Part shown: positions 41,726-52,317 of the stretch, one piece after another | How the letters are laid out: each line of letters begins with the position of its first letter | Numbering within the stretch: position 1 is the stretch's first letter | From: Halobacteriovoraceae bacterium | GTDB taxonomy: Bacteria; Bdellovibrionota; Bacteriovoracia; Bacteriovoracales; Bacteriovoracaceae | Direction of reading: 5' to 3' | DNA: 64,000 nucleotides | Assembly (NCBI GenBank): GCA_963719505.1 | Contig: CAVRCF010000001.1 | Location: forward strand, 896,001 to 960,000 | Position numbers and translations under genes: made by a program | Notes under the pieces: generated by a model | Database searches by the model: none | What the model was told of the DNA's origin: nothing | The model's input: the letters and a program-made list of their open reading frames with translations, nothing else

Positions 41726-43591
41726 ATGGTGAGGGGTAGAATTTTTAGGGATTATTTCATGATGAAATTTGTACGATTTGGACTTTTACTATCAATTTTA
41801 ACGTTTGTGTTTTCATGCGCTACTCAAAGCGAGAAGAAACCAGAAGCTGCAAAAGTTGAAGAGAAGTTATCTTTTGAACAAATAGACAAAAATCTAGAGA
41901 AACTCGTATTAGAAGCAAAGAAAGCAGGTCCAAAAAAGGTTAAGTTCTTCTCAGGTGACCTTTTCCTTAAAGCCAATGCTGCATCTATGCAGGGAGATTA
42001 TAAAACGGCAAATCTTATTTATAAGCACCTAGTCGAACTTGTTCCAAATGATGATTTTGTAAATAAAAAATTCGCGGTCAGCCTCATTAGAACTGGTGAG
42101 CTTAAAAAATCAAAAAATCTTTTAACGACAGTCTTCAATAACTCTGAAGCCCTAGATTCGCAGACCGGTCTTCTTTTAGCTGGCGTTCACTCTAGCCTTG
42201 GAAACTCAAAAGAGGCGAAAACTATTTATAAGAGATTGCTAGCAAAAAATCCAAAAAATGAAGAGGCTTGTGTATTCCTTGGAAAAGCCTATGCACTAGA
42301 AGAGCAAACCAAAAGCGCTGTTAAAACACTGAAGAGTTGTGAAAAAAGAATGAAGGGACAAGGAATTTTCTCTTATTATATTGGAAAGTTATTTGTTGAT
42401 AAGGGTGATCTTAAGACTGCTATGAAGTATTTTAAAAGATCAGCTAAAATTGAGCCAAGTTTTAGCCAGTCAACAATGGCGATCGGTGTTGTCCACGAAG
42501 AAGAAAAAAGAAATGAACAGGCCGCAAAAGTTTATAAGAACTTTTTAACAAAATACCCAAATGATTCATTAATTTTAAATAGAATCGTTCAGCTTTACTT
42601 CTCAACGGAGCAGTTTAAAAAAGTTATCCCGTATGCTGAGAAACTCAGTGACCTAGAGCCTGAGAATTTAAATCTCAAGGTTAAGCTTGGCATTCTCTAT
42701 ACAGATGTAAAAAAATACGATCAAGCAATTTATACTTTTAAGTACCTTTTAAAAAGTGTGCCAAAAAATGATAAGATTCTCTACTATTTAGGAGCGATCT
42801 ACCAAGAAACGGCAGAATATGAAAACGCTATCGAGTACTTCACGTTGATTGGGCCAGACAGTGGCCTTTACCAAGACAGTTCAGTTCAAGTGGCTCAAAT
42901 GCTTTCAAGTCTTGCTAAAGCTGAATCGCAGACAAGTAAGAATGGACCAAACCACGAAAAGTTTGTGACGTTTATCGATAAAAAAATTGGCGAAGGTGAC
43001 CTTGTCGTAGAATTTAGCATTATTAAGGCAAGTTATATGGAAGCTGTTGAGGACCTTCAGCAATCTATAAAGTCTCTAGAGAATGTTGCACAGCTGGAAA
43101 ACTTTACTGACAATCACAAGTACTACTTGGCTTCTTTATACGATAAAGTTGAAGACTATCAGAACTCACAGAAACTTATTTTTAAAATATTAAAAGACGA
43201 TCCACAAAATGCACATGCTTGGAACTTTCTTGGATATTCATTGATTGAGAGAAATGTAGATATGGATAAAGCCTTTGAGTACATATCCAATGCTGTTGAA
43301 ATTGCACCTGAAGATGGTTTTATTAGAGACTCACTTGGATGGTACTACTTTAAGGTGGGAAAAATTGATAAGGCCCTTGATGAATTGCTTGCAGCAATAA
43401 AGGCTGAGCCTACTGATGTTTCTATTCAAAAGCATCTCGCCATCATTTATTCTGAAAAAAGAGACTTTAAAACGGCAAAGAAGCATATTGTTGAAGCGAT
43501 TCGCTACTCTCGAGAAGAGTCAGAGAAACAGGAGCTCAATAAGCTCTTTCAAAATATTGAATCAAAGAGGCTCCCAGCATCATTTAAATAG
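41726..43591 (+). CDS. TPR-repeat lipoprotein
   Basis: Lipobox VFSC, many TPRs, AWNFLGYSL..., DSLGWYYF. Confidence 0.9.
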   Translation: MVRGRIFRDYFMMKFVRFGLLLSILTFVFSCATQSEKKPEAAKVEEKLSFEQIDKNLEKLVLEAKKAGPKKVKFFSGDLFLKANAASMQGDYKTANLIYKHLVELVPNDDFVNKKFAVSLIRTGELKKSKNLLTTVFNNSEALDSQTGLLLAGVHSSLGNSKEAKTIYKRLLAKNPKNEEACVFLGKAYALEEQTKSAVKTLKSCEKRMKGQGIFSYYIGKLFVDKGDLKTAMKYFKRSAKIEPSFSQSTMAIGVVHEEEKRNEQAAKVYKNFLTKYPNDSLILNRIVQLYFSTEQFKKVIPYAEKLSDLEPENLNLKVKLGILYTDVKKYDQAIYTFKYLLKSVPKNDKILYYLGAIYQETAEYENAIEYFTLIGPDSGLYQDSSVQVAQMLSSLAKAESQTSKNGPNHEKFVTFIDKKIGEGDLVVEFSIIKASYMEAVEDLQQSIKSLENVAQLENFTDNHKYYLASLYDKVEDYQNSQKLIFKILKDDPQNAHAWNFLGYSLIERNVDMDKAFEYISNAVEIAPEDGFIRDSLGWYYFKVGKIDKALDELLAAIKAEPTDVSIQKHLAIIYSEKRDFKTAKKHIVEAIRYSREESEKQELNKLFQNIESKRLPASFK

Positions 43592-43633
43592 GTGCACCTT
43601 GATTTTTGATTAAGATGAGGTCATAGTTTTGAG

Positions 43634-44242
43634 ATGAAAATATTATCTCTATTATGTCTCTTTCTTGTCACTTCTTGCTCGCTTTTAGAGCAGAAGAAAG
43701 TAACCTCTAATATAGACAACGAAATCCCTAAAATTTGTTTAAGCGCAAGTGGTCGTGGACGATTAATTGTATCAGGACATAAATTTCTTTTTAAGTTCAG
43801 ATCAGCACTAGAGCAGGACACCAACGAATGGTTCATGTCTTTGGTCTTTCCCCTTTATGGAGAAGAGAGCTTCTCTATTGAGTGGGATGCACAAAAAGTC
43901 ATCAGCTATAACGCGACCTTTGAAAATAAAATTCTTCAGGACAAAAAGAAAGTTGATCCAGAGGCTTTGAACTCATTTCTTGAAAAATGGGCCGAATTGG
44001 TTTGGGAGATAACAAGGTTTAAGAACCAACAGAAGTTCGATCCAAATTTTGAGTGGAGCACCACTTCGAAAAAGCTTTCAGCATTTAAAAAGCTCTCTGA
44101 TAAATCTTCAATTAAACTTGAATTTAAAAATTTAACGGCCCAAGGATATTTTGGTCGATACGACGTTTTTATGCGCAGCGAGTTGGAAGATGCAGTTAAA
44201 CTCGAACTAATTGTAAGGAAATGTTTGGAAAAGCCCGAGTAA
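43634..44242 (+). CDS. Hypothetical lipoprotein, possibly LolB-like
   Basis: LVTSC lipobox, beta-rich, about 200 aa, follows the TPR gene. Confidence 0.6.
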   Translation: MKILSLLCLFLVTSCSLLEQKKVTSNIDNEIPKICLSASGRGRLIVSGHKFLFKFRSALEQDTNEWFMSLVFPLYGEESFSIEWDAQKVISYNATFENKILQDKKKVDPEALNSFLEKWAELVWEITRFKNQQKFDPNFEWSTTSKKLSAFKKLSDKSSIKLEFKNLTAQGYFGRYDVFMRSELEDAVKLELIVRKCLEKPE

Positions 44243-44394
44243 AAGTGTCGGAATGGGGCTAAAATATTAAAATTATAAGTGTCAAATTGCACTTATTGTC
44301 ATGACCGGACACATTTAATAAAACACTTTTAAATATTTGTAGTAGTTTAATAACGTTTTTTTATAAATTTAATAAGTTAAAGGCGAGGATCAAA

Positions 44395-46155
44395 ATGATT
44401 AAGAACTTAATGGTAGTTTTAGGCGGAATTATGATTCTGAGTACAAGTTGTACGAAGAAAGTTAATTTAGATGAGAAGACTCTATTTGTGAATGTTGGAG
44501 CTAAAGTAAAAGGCTTTGACCCGGTAAATGCTGGTGATACCTATTCTAGCAATGAGATCTCCCGAATTTATGAAGGACTTCTTACGTATCATTACCTTAA
44601 AAGACCTTATCAGTTAATTCCAAGTCTTGCAGAGGCAATGCCAGAAGTAACAAACAATGGACTCACTTATACTTTTAAAATCAAAAAGGGAGTTTTCTTT
44701 CACGACAATAAATGTTTTCCAAAAGGGAAGGGACGCGAGCTAAAGGCAAAAGATTTTGTCTATGCTGTTATGAGAATGGCCGACACCAAAAATGTTTCAA
44801 CTGGTTGGTGGCTTCTCGATGGAAAGCTTAAAGGTCTCAATGACTGGAGAGACAAATATAAAACTAAAGATGCGAACTACGATGAGAAAGTTGAAGGTGT
44901 TAAAGCTCTCGATGATTATACAGTTCAGTTTAACTTAAGCCAGCAGTACCCTCAGTTCTTATACTCACTTGCGATGGTTTACACTTTTGCTACACCGAGA
45001 GAAGCTGTTGAATACTATGGAGATGACTTTATTAATAACCCGGTTGGAACAGGCGCTTTCATTACAGGTCCTTACACGCAAGCTTCAAGAATTGAGTACA
45101 CTAAAAATCCAAACTACAGGGATGTTTTCTACCCAACTGAAGGGACAGAGGAAGACAAAAAAGCAGGTCTTTTAGCAGACGCTGGAAAAAAACTTCCATT
45201 GGTAGATAAAATTGTTGTCTCAATTATGACTGAATCTCAGCCAGCGTGGCTTTCTTTTGAGAAAGGAAAACTGGACTTCAACAGCATCCCTAAAGACAAC
45301 TTCGACCAAGTTGTTAGTCCTGATAAAGGTGTTACTGATGCCTACGCAAAAAAGGGAATTGTTCTTGAGACCACTCCAGATTTAGATATAACTTATATCG
45401 CTTTTAACCACGAAGACCCTTTATTTAAAAATAATGCTAAGTTAAGACAAGCAATGTCGATGGCTTATGATGGTGAAGAAGCTAACAAACTTTTTTACAA
45501 TGATACTGCTATCTTGGCGCAAACAATCCTTCCTCCTGGAATCCCAGGCTATGATCCTGATTATAAAAATCCTTATAGACAATTTAATGTTGAAGGAGCA
45601 AAGAAACTTTTAGCAGAAGCTGGTTATAAAGATGGAAAAGGTCTTCCTGTTATACAGTATGACACAACAGCAACAACTGTTTCACGTCAGATGGCCGAGT
45701 ATCTAAAAAAACAAATGGAAAGAATAAACGTTAAGATTCAGATTAATACTAATACCTGGCCACAGCTGACAAAAAAAGTGAAAACGAAACAGTCACAAAT
45801 GTTTGGAATGGCATGGCTTGGAGATTATCCTGATGCTGAAAACTTTTTACAATTAACGTATGGACCGAACGCAGCTCCAGGTCCCAATGGTTCAAACTAT
45901 AACAATAAAAAGTTCAACGAAGGTCTAGCAAAAGCATCAAAGATGCAACCAAGTCCTGAAAGAGCAAAAATCTACGCTAAACTTGCTCAAGATTCAGCTG
46001 AAGATGTGGCTTATATTTACGGTGTTCACAGAACAAGTTTTGTAGTTAAACATTCTTGGTTAAAAAACTATAAATTTTCTACTTTCTCTGCTGGTAACTC
46101 TAGATACCTTAATCTTGATATGAAGAAAAAAGCTGAAATGATTAATAAGCTATAA
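44395..46155 (+). CDS. Opp/Dpp ABC substrate-binding lipoprotein
   Basis: IYEGLL, P.LAE, YTFKIKKGVFFHD, PVGTG, WLGDYPD. Confidence 0.93.
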   Translation: MIKNLMVVLGGIMILSTSCTKKVNLDEKTLFVNVGAKVKGFDPVNAGDTYSSNEISRIYEGLLTYHYLKRPYQLIPSLAEAMPEVTNNGLTYTFKIKKGVFFHDNKCFPKGKGRELKAKDFVYAVMRMADTKNVSTGWWLLDGKLKGLNDWRDKYKTKDANYDEKVEGVKALDDYTVQFNLSQQYPQFLYSLAMVYTFATPREAVEYYGDDFINNPVGTGAFITGPYTQASRIEYTKNPNYRDVFYPTEGTEEDKKAGLLADAGKKLPLVDKIVVSIMTESQPAWLSFEKGKLDFNSIPKDNFDQVVSPDKGVTDAYAKKGIVLETTPDLDITYIAFNHEDPLFKNNAKLRQAMSMAYDGEEANKLFYNDTAILAQTILPPGIPGYDPDYKNPYRQFNVEGAKKLLAEAGYKDGKGLPVIQYDTTATTVSRQMAEYLKKQMERINVKIQINTNTWPQLTKKVKTKQSQMFGMAWLGDYPDAENFLQLTYGPNAAPGPNGSNYNNKKFNEGLAKASKMQPSPERAKIYAKLAQDSAEDVAYIYGVHRTSFVVKHSWLKNYKFSTFSAGNSRYLNLDMKKKAEMINKL

Positions 46156-46171
46156 GAAGTAGGACTTTTTA

Positions 46172-47116
46172 ATGAATGGAAATTGGAATTATATATTTAG
46201 AAGACTTCTCTACCTCATCCCGGTTTTGCTAGGGGTTTGTGGGCTGGTCTTTGTTCTTTTTAATGTGGTTGCAGGAGATCCGACAATGCTTCTTTTAGGA
46301 AAGCATGCGGATGCTCAGCAGATGGCAGACTTGAGAGCGCAACTTGGCCTTGATAAAAGCATGATTGCACAGTATTTTGATATTGTTCAGTCTGCTTTTA
46401 CTTTTGACTTTGGAAGAAGCTGGGCCACGAAACAACAAATAAGTGAGATGCTTGTTCAAGGTGCGATCCCTTCTTTGACACTTACGATCCCAGGGTTCTT
46501 CTTGTCTTTTGTGATTAGTCTTACACTCGCTATCGTGGTTGCATACTATAGAGGGAGAGGAATCGATCTCTTTATAAGATTTTTAGCTATCGCTCTCATG
46601 AGTATTTCATCCTTAGTTTACATCTTAGTCTTTCAAAAGTGGTTGGCTTTCGAGCTTGGTCTCTTTGAGATTTCTGGCTATGAATATGGCTTCCCAAATT
46701 TTATCCCTTACATAGCACTTCCCGTCATCATTTGGGTTGTTTTGAGTATTGGTCCCGATGTTAGATTTTACCGAACAATTATTTTAGATGAGATCTATCA
46801 AGACTATGTTCGTACAGCTAGAGCGAAGGGCTTAGGTGAGGGAACAATTCTTTTTAAGCACGTTTTGAGAAATGCTCTTATTCCTGTTATCACTTACACC
46901 GTCGTTCAGTTGCCTTTTTTAATTCTTGGAGCTCTCCTTTTAGAGAGTTTTTTCAGTATTCCAGGGCTCGGTGGTATGGTTTTATCAGCGGTCAACGCAT
47001 CAGATTTTCCAGTGATTAAAGCCATGGCAATCCTTTCAGCTATTGCCTATATCCTATTCACATTGGTGTCGGATATTTTATACACTTTGGTCGATCCAAG
47101 AGTTAAACTTAATTAG
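46172..47116 (+). CDS. Opp/Dpp ABC permease B
   Basis: DYVRTARAKGL, HVLRNAL, DPRV. Confidence 0.93.
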   Translation: MNGNWNYIFRRLLYLIPVLLGVCGLVFVLFNVVAGDPTMLLLGKHADAQQMADLRAQLGLDKSMIAQYFDIVQSAFTFDFGRSWATKQQISEMLVQGAIPSLTLTIPGFFLSFVISLTLAIVVAYYRGRGIDLFIRFLAIALMSISSLVYILVFQKWLAFELGLFEISGYEYGFPNFIPYIALPVIIWVVLSIGPDVRFYRTIILDEIYQDYVRTARAKGLGEGTILFKHVLRNALIPVITYTVVQLPFLILGALLLESFFSIPGLGGMVLSAVNASDFPVIKAMAILSAIAYILFTLVSDILYTLVDPRVKLN

Positions 47117-47136
47117 AAATAGATAAGGTTAGATAA

Positions 47137-48051
47137 ATGAATACAGAAGTTTTATTAAAAGAAGCAGATCCACAAGCCGCTCTAGAAGTGACAGAGAGTC
47201 GCTCTTTATGGGCCGAGGCTTGGGTTCGAATTAAAAAAGATAAAATTGCCCTGACATGTCTTATTGTCGTCCTCCTTTATGGACTCGTTGGTATACTCTC
47301 ATCCTTAGGGTTAATAGCGGCAGATTGGGCGCGAGAAGTTGGACCAAGCTACGCGCCTCCTTTTGAGAACTGGGATTATATTCTAGGAACTGATATTTTT
47401 GGTCGCGATGTTTTAAAGAAAGTTATTCATGGTACTCAGGTTGCCATGAGTGTTGGACTTGTTTCTTCCTTGATAGCGATTCCAATTGGACTTACCTTAG
47501 GTGCTCTTGCAGGATATTTTGGTGGCTGGGTCGATGAAGTCATCGTTTGGTTTTATACAACAGTTTCAAGTATACCGAGTATCATTCTTCTTATGAGTAT
47601 CGCCTTTGTTTTAGGTAAAGGGCTTACGACTGTCTATATCGCTCTTGGTTTAACGAGTTGGGTAGGGCTTTGTCGCCTTATTCGTGGTGAAGTTATTAAG
47701 CATAAAAATAGAGAATATGTTCAAGCTGCATCTGCACTAGGTGCAGGACATGGAAGAAAGCTCTTTAAGCATATTGTTCCCAATGTTACTCATATCGTGA
47801 TTATTTTTACATCACTTCAATTTCAAGTGGCCATAAAATCTGAAGTTATTCTCTCTTATATCGGACTTGGAGTTTCTGGACAACCAAGCTGGGGGACAAT
47901 GATTGATGATGCAAAAATGGAACTTGCCAGAGACGTATGGTGGCAGCTGTTTGGAGCAACAATTGCTATGTTCTTTGTTGTTTTAGCATTTAATATTCTA
48001 GGGGACGCACTACGTGATGCTCTCGATCCAAAACTTAAAGGAAAAGGTTAA
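47137..48051 (+). CDS. Opp/Dpp ABC permease C
   Basis: LGTDIFGRD, EYVQAA.ALGA, GDALRDALDP. Confidence 0.93.
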   Translation: MNTEVLLKEADPQAALEVTESRSLWAEAWVRIKKDKIALTCLIVVLLYGLVGILSSLGLIAADWAREVGPSYAPPFENWDYILGTDIFGRDVLKKVIHGTQVAMSVGLVSSLIAIPIGLTLGALAGYFGGWVDEVIVWFYTTVSSIPSIILLMSIAFVLGKGLTTVYIALGLTSWVGLCRLIRGEVIKHKNREYVQAASALGAGHGRKLFKHIVPNVTHIVIIFTSLQFQVAIKSEVILSYIGLGVSGQPSWGTMIDDAKMELARDVWWQLFGATIAMFFVVLAFNILGDALRDALDPKLKGKG

Positions 48052-48056
48052 TATCA

Positions 48057-49787
48057 ATGAGTGATTTATTAAGTATTAAAGATCTATGTGTTGATTTCAA
48101 TACTGGCGACGGAATAGTTCGTGCCGTTAATAATGTTTCGTTTGATGTACCAAAAGGTAAGACGATCGGTCTTGTTGGTGAATCAGGTTCAGGAAAGTCA
48201 GTCACAAGTATGGCCGCAATGAGACTTATTCCAAATCCTCCAGGGAAAATTACTGGCGGACAAATAATGTTCCAAGGAAAAGATTTAGTTAAAGCGTCTG
48301 AGGATGAAATGAGAAAGATTAGAGGAAAAGAGATCTCTATGATTTTTCAAGAGCCTATGACTTCTTTGAATCCAGTGTTTAGAGTCGGAGATCAGGTCGC
48401 TGAAATTCTGATTCTTCATATGAATATGACAAAAAAGCAGGCTTGGAATAGAGCTGTGGAACTTCTAGATCAGGTTGGAATTCCAGATCCGAAAAGAAGT
48501 GCTCTTAAATATCCACATGAGATGAGTGGGGGACAAAAGCAAAGAGTTGTTATCGCTATCGCTATCGCTTGTGAACCAAAACTACTTATTGCTGATGAGC
48601 CAACGACAGCTCTTGATGTAACGATTCAGAAACAAGTTTTAGATCTCATGTTTGATCTTCAACAGAAATATAAAATGGGTCTTCTTTTTATTACCCATGA
48701 TTTAGGTGTTATTGCTGATATTGCTGACGAAGTTGTTGTTATGTACAGAAGTAACCTTGTTGAGTCTGGTGGTACAAAAAAGATTTTTACAGCGGCGGGA
48801 CATCCTTATACGAAAGGGCTTTTGGCTTGTCGACCAGCTCTTGATAGAAATCCAGAGAGACTTTTAACTGTCAGTGACTTCATGAATGAAAAGGGAGAGG
48901 AAATCCTTCTTGATGAATCAAAAGTTAAAAAGATCGATAAAAAGTTTGAATTCACCGAGCAAAAAAATCCTGTTCTTTTAGAGGTAAATAACCTTCATGT
49001 TGATTTTCCCATTAAAGGTGGGATTTTTGGTAGAACTGTAAATCATTTCAAAGCTGTAAACTCTGTTTCTTTTAAGCTGAGAAAAGGAATGACTCTGGGA
49101 CTTGTTGGAGAGTCTGGTTGTGGAAAGACGACCCTAGGAAGAGCGATCCTTCGCCTTATCGAGCCAAGTGAAGGTCAAGTTCTCTATAACGGAATTGATG
49201 TAACAAAATTAGATAAGAAACAATTAAGAGAGATGAGAAGTAAAATTCAAATCATTTTTCAAGACCCGTATTCATCTTTAAATCCAAGAATGACTATTCA
49301 AGAGATTTTACTAGAGCCAATGGATCTTCATAAGATTGGAGCTAATAAAGCGGAGAAAATTGAAAAAGCGAAATGGTTAATGGAAAAAGTTGGATTGAAA
49401 TCAAATCAACTCTCTCGTTATCCTCATGAGTTCTCAGGTGGGCAGAGACAAAGAATTTGTATCGCTCGTGCCTTAGCAGTTAATCCTGAATTCATTATCT
49501 GTGATGAGTCTGTTTCAGCTCTTGATGTTTCAGTTCAAGCCCAAGTTTTGAATCTTCTTTTAGATCTTCAAGAAGAATTTGGACTGACTTATGTCTTCAT
49601 TTCTCATGATCTGTCTGTTGTAAACTTTATTTCAGATGAAGTGGCCGTTATGAATAGTGGAGTAATTGTCGAGCATGATCATGCAAATGAAGTTTATTTG
49701 CGTCCTAAAAAGGATTACACAAAAGCTCTGCTTTCAGCCATCCCAAAAGGGATACCAAAAGAGCTTTTAGCGGAACAAAATAGTTAA
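48057..49787 (+). CDS. Fused double-domain Opp/Dpp ABC ATPase
   Basis: Two Walker A motifs (GESGSGKS, GESGCGKT), two YPHE.SGGQ signatures. Confidence 0.94.
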   Translation: MSDLLSIKDLCVDFNTGDGIVRAVNNVSFDVPKGKTIGLVGESGSGKSVTSMAAMRLIPNPPGKITGGQIMFQGKDLVKASEDEMRKIRGKEISMIFQEPMTSLNPVFRVGDQVAEILILHMNMTKKQAWNRAVELLDQVGIPDPKRSALKYPHEMSGGQKQRVVIAIAIACEPKLLIADEPTTALDVTIQKQVLDLMFDLQQKYKMGLLFITHDLGVIADIADEVVVMYRSNLVESGGTKKIFTAAGHPYTKGLLACRPALDRNPERLLTVSDFMNEKGEEILLDESKVKKIDKKFEFTEQKNPVLLEVNNLHVDFPIKGGIFGRTVNHFKAVNSVSFKLRKGMTLGLVGESGCGKTTLGRAILRLIEPSEGQVLYNGIDVTKLDKKQLREMRSKIQIIFQDPYSSLNPRMTIQEILLEPMDLHKIGANKAEKIEKAKWLMEKVGLKSNQLSRYPHEFSGGQRQRICIARALAVNPEFIICDESVSALDVSVQAQVLNLLLDLQEEFGLTYVFISHDLSVVNFISDEVAVMNSGVIVEHDHANEVYLRPKKDYTKALLSAIPKGIPKELLAEQNS

Positions 49788-49803
49788 ATTCGAGGGTCTA
49801 GAT

Positions 49804-51252
49804 TTAGACCCTTTTTTTATCAAAAATTTGACCTTTCAAAATAAGAAAAAGAGTGGATATCCCAAAGCCCCAATAGACATTCCATTGCCATGGCCACTCA
49901 AGAAGACTGGTGTTGATATAAACGGCTATCGCTCCAAGAATATATGATCCAAAAACACTTTTGGCATCTAAGTTAACCAAAGTCATTGCAGGCCAAATAA
50001 CACTAGCGAAGAAAAGGGCCAGTAGTGATCCTGCAGTCCAAGAGGTGATTTGAAGTCCCAAGATAAGAAGTCCATCTGACTTTGAAGCGACAAAGGCTAC
50101 AATAAGGAGTAGGGCAGTGATGACCAGTGTATCCCTTTTATAGAAGAAGCTTATTTTATCTCTATCATGTGTCGTGTGATGGGCTATATCATTATAGAAA
50201 CAAGAAGAAAGGGCATTTATAGTTGAGTCAAGAGTACTCATTGTCGCCGCTAAAACACCTGCAACCATAAGACCTTTTAAGCCCGAGGGAAAGTATTCAG
50301 TAATGAAAAAAGCAAAGAGCTTGTCGTTAGAAATATCTGGGGGCGTGTGAGTTTGATAATAGCTCCAAAGCAATGCTCCTATGCTTAAAAATAAAAATCC
50401 AACAGCAATCGATAGAAAGGTTGATGTTATTATTGCCTTTTGAGCAGTTTTCATCGAGCGATTTGCCGTAAGTCTTTGCGCAAAGTCTTGATCTACACCA
50501 TGAGTTGCCATGTCAAAGAGAATTCCCCCTACGACACCTGTAACAAAAGGCCAAGGATTTGAAAAATTAAAGAAGCTTGTTTTATCGTTATCAAAAGCGG
50601 TCGTCATTAAATTCATCCAAGAGTCACCAGCTAAATCGGGAATGAGATAATGGGCCACGAGTCCCCCTAAAATAAAGAGACCCATCTGTACCATATCCGT
50701 TCTAACAACAGCTTTTAGTCCACCAATCAAAGTATAAAAGAAAGTGATAATACAAATGAGAGCTACAGCGAGATAAATACTGACGTTGAAAAATTCAGCC
50801 ACTAAGATGGAACCAGAAAAGAGCCTTACTCCCACCGCAAGTAATTTATTCAAAAAATAAAAACTTGCCACAGTTCTTTGGCCATTTTTATTTCCTCTCT
50901 TGGCCATAACAGAATAGATCGTGATGCCTTGGTCATAAACTTTTGGAAGGATGACAACGGCAATAAGGATTCTTCCAAATAGAGCACCCATGTATATTTG
51001 AATAAAGGAGAAGTCTGCACCATAAGCAAAAGCGGGTATTCCTAAAAATGTTAAAGCTGAAACTTCAGTTGCGATGATTGAAAAAAGACTTTCTGAAAAA
51101 GTCAGGCTTTTATTGGCCAGGTATTGTTCCTCAATAAGGTTATCACCATTTTGACTGGCCATCTTGCCAGACTTAAAAGCTAGAATAAAGATTCCAACTA
51201 GATAGAGGAGTATGACAGTATAATCAAGCGCGGAAATTTCAATATTTTTCAT
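49804..51252 (-). CDS. Sodium:solute symporter
   Basis: ATEVSALTFLG.P, GGLKAVVRTD..Q, DQDFAQR, AATMSTLDS. Confidence 0.92.
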   Translation of the reverse strand: MKNIEISALDYTVILLYLVGIFILAFKSGKMASQNGDNLIEEQYLANKSLTFSESLFSIIATEVSALTFLGIPAFAYGADFSFIQIYMGALFGRILIAVVILPKVYDQGITIYSVMAKRGNKNGQRTVASFYFLNKLLAVGVRLFSGSILVAEFFNVSIYLAVALICIITFFYTLIGGLKAVVRTDMVQMGLFILGGLVAHYLIPDLAGDSWMNLMTTAFDNDKTSFFNFSNPWPFVTGVVGGILFDMATHGVDQDFAQRLTANRSMKTAQKAIITSTFLSIAVGFLFLSIGALLWSYYQTHTPPDISNDKLFAFFITEYFPSGLKGLMVAGVLAATMSTLDSTINALSSCFYNDIAHHTTHDRDKISFFYKRDTLVITALLLIVAFVASKSDGLLILGLQITSWTAGSLLALFFASVIWPAMTLVNLDAKSVFGSYILGAIAVYINTSLLEWPWQWNVYWGFGISTLFLILKGQIFDKKRV

Positions 51253-51308
51253 GCTTTTTGATACCTGAGTAGAATACTTTTAGCAATGAGAAAAAGAGTA
51301 TAAACCTT

Positions 51309-51335
51309 TAACAAATCTTAATATTCTTCCGATAA
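51309..51335 (+). promoter_or_regulatory. Probable sigma28 promoter
   Basis: TAAC-15 nt-TCCGATAA, two mismatches to consensus. Confidence 0.5.
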
Positions 51336-51372
51336 GCCCATAAGGGATTTAAGGATAAGTCCCAGAGGATTT

Positions 51373-52317
51373 ATGGAATATAAAGTTGATGGACTAACAT
51401 TCACAGACAAAGATCTGGACGCAAATTTTGTGGTGCCAAAAATTGGTGGAATCTCCAGTGCTTTTTATTTCTTTATTCCTAAACATTCTTCAAAAGCATT
51501 TACCCTTTTAAAACCAGGTCAATATATCTCAAAAGAAATAGGAAGTAGACTTGGCGCAAAGCAAACCTATAGTTTTACTTTTTGCGATAATCAATTCTGT
51601 AAAGAGCTAGAAGAGGCTCTTCACGCTTTAAAAAATTCAACAAATCAGATCGAGAGAATTCGTACAGGGCTTTTTCTAGAAAAAACGATTATGGAAAGCT
51701 TTGATGGCTCTTTAAAAATAGGTCTCTCTCTTCTTAAAACTTTCTTTGAAGAGTTTTATGAAATGAATCCAAAAATCGCTTATCTTCTAGATCAAAAAAG
51801 TGAAGTTCTTTTTCAACGATCTCTTTGTGTTGCAAGCTTCTCCATCATTTATTCTCTTCGCTGCGGGATTGTGGATTTTAATTTTTTAAAGAAAACCTTC
51901 AATGTTTTAATATGTCTTGATATCGGACTCGTCCTTGATGAGGAACTGACTTCCAATACCCTTGTTGCCTGTGAATTAGAGCGTAAGATAAGCGGACAAG
52001 GCCAAGAATTTATAAAACATCTTTCAATAAAAGAGCAAGATTTATTCCTTTCTCATCCTCAAAAAGGGGTGGATTTTCTTTCGAGGGTCCTTGATCAAGA
52101 CGAGTATGACTCTGTTGTCGAGCTAGTAGGGGGGCATCATCAGTACGGAAGTTCTAGCGGCTTTCCAAAGTCTTTTTCGTCAGCAGAACTTACAAACTTT
52201 GAGCAGATAGTTTTGTTTTGTGATTCAAAAATTCCTTTCATAGATGATCTTCTTGAATCTCAAAAAATATTTAAAACTATTTTAAATTTTCTAATGAATG
52301 AAAAGGAGGCTGCTTGA
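51373..52317 (+). CDS. Degenerate HD-GYP-like protein
   Basis: LDIG in place of HDIG, HPQKG, HHQYGSSSGFP. Confidence 0.6.
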   Translation: MEYKVDGLTFTDKDLDANFVVPKIGGISSAFYFFIPKHSSKAFTLLKPGQYISKEIGSRLGAKQTYSFTFCDNQFCKELEEALHALKNSTNQIERIRTGLFLEKTIMESFDGSLKIGLSLLKTFFEEFYEMNPKIAYLLDQKSEVLFQRSLCVASFSIIYSLRCGIVDFNFLKKTFNVLICLDIGLVLDEELTSNTLVACELERKISGQGQEFIKHLSIKEQDLFLSHPQKGVDFLSRVLDQDEYDSVVELVGGHHQYGSSSGFPKSFSSAELTNFEQIVLFCDSKIPFIDDLLESQKIFKTILNFLMNEKEAA

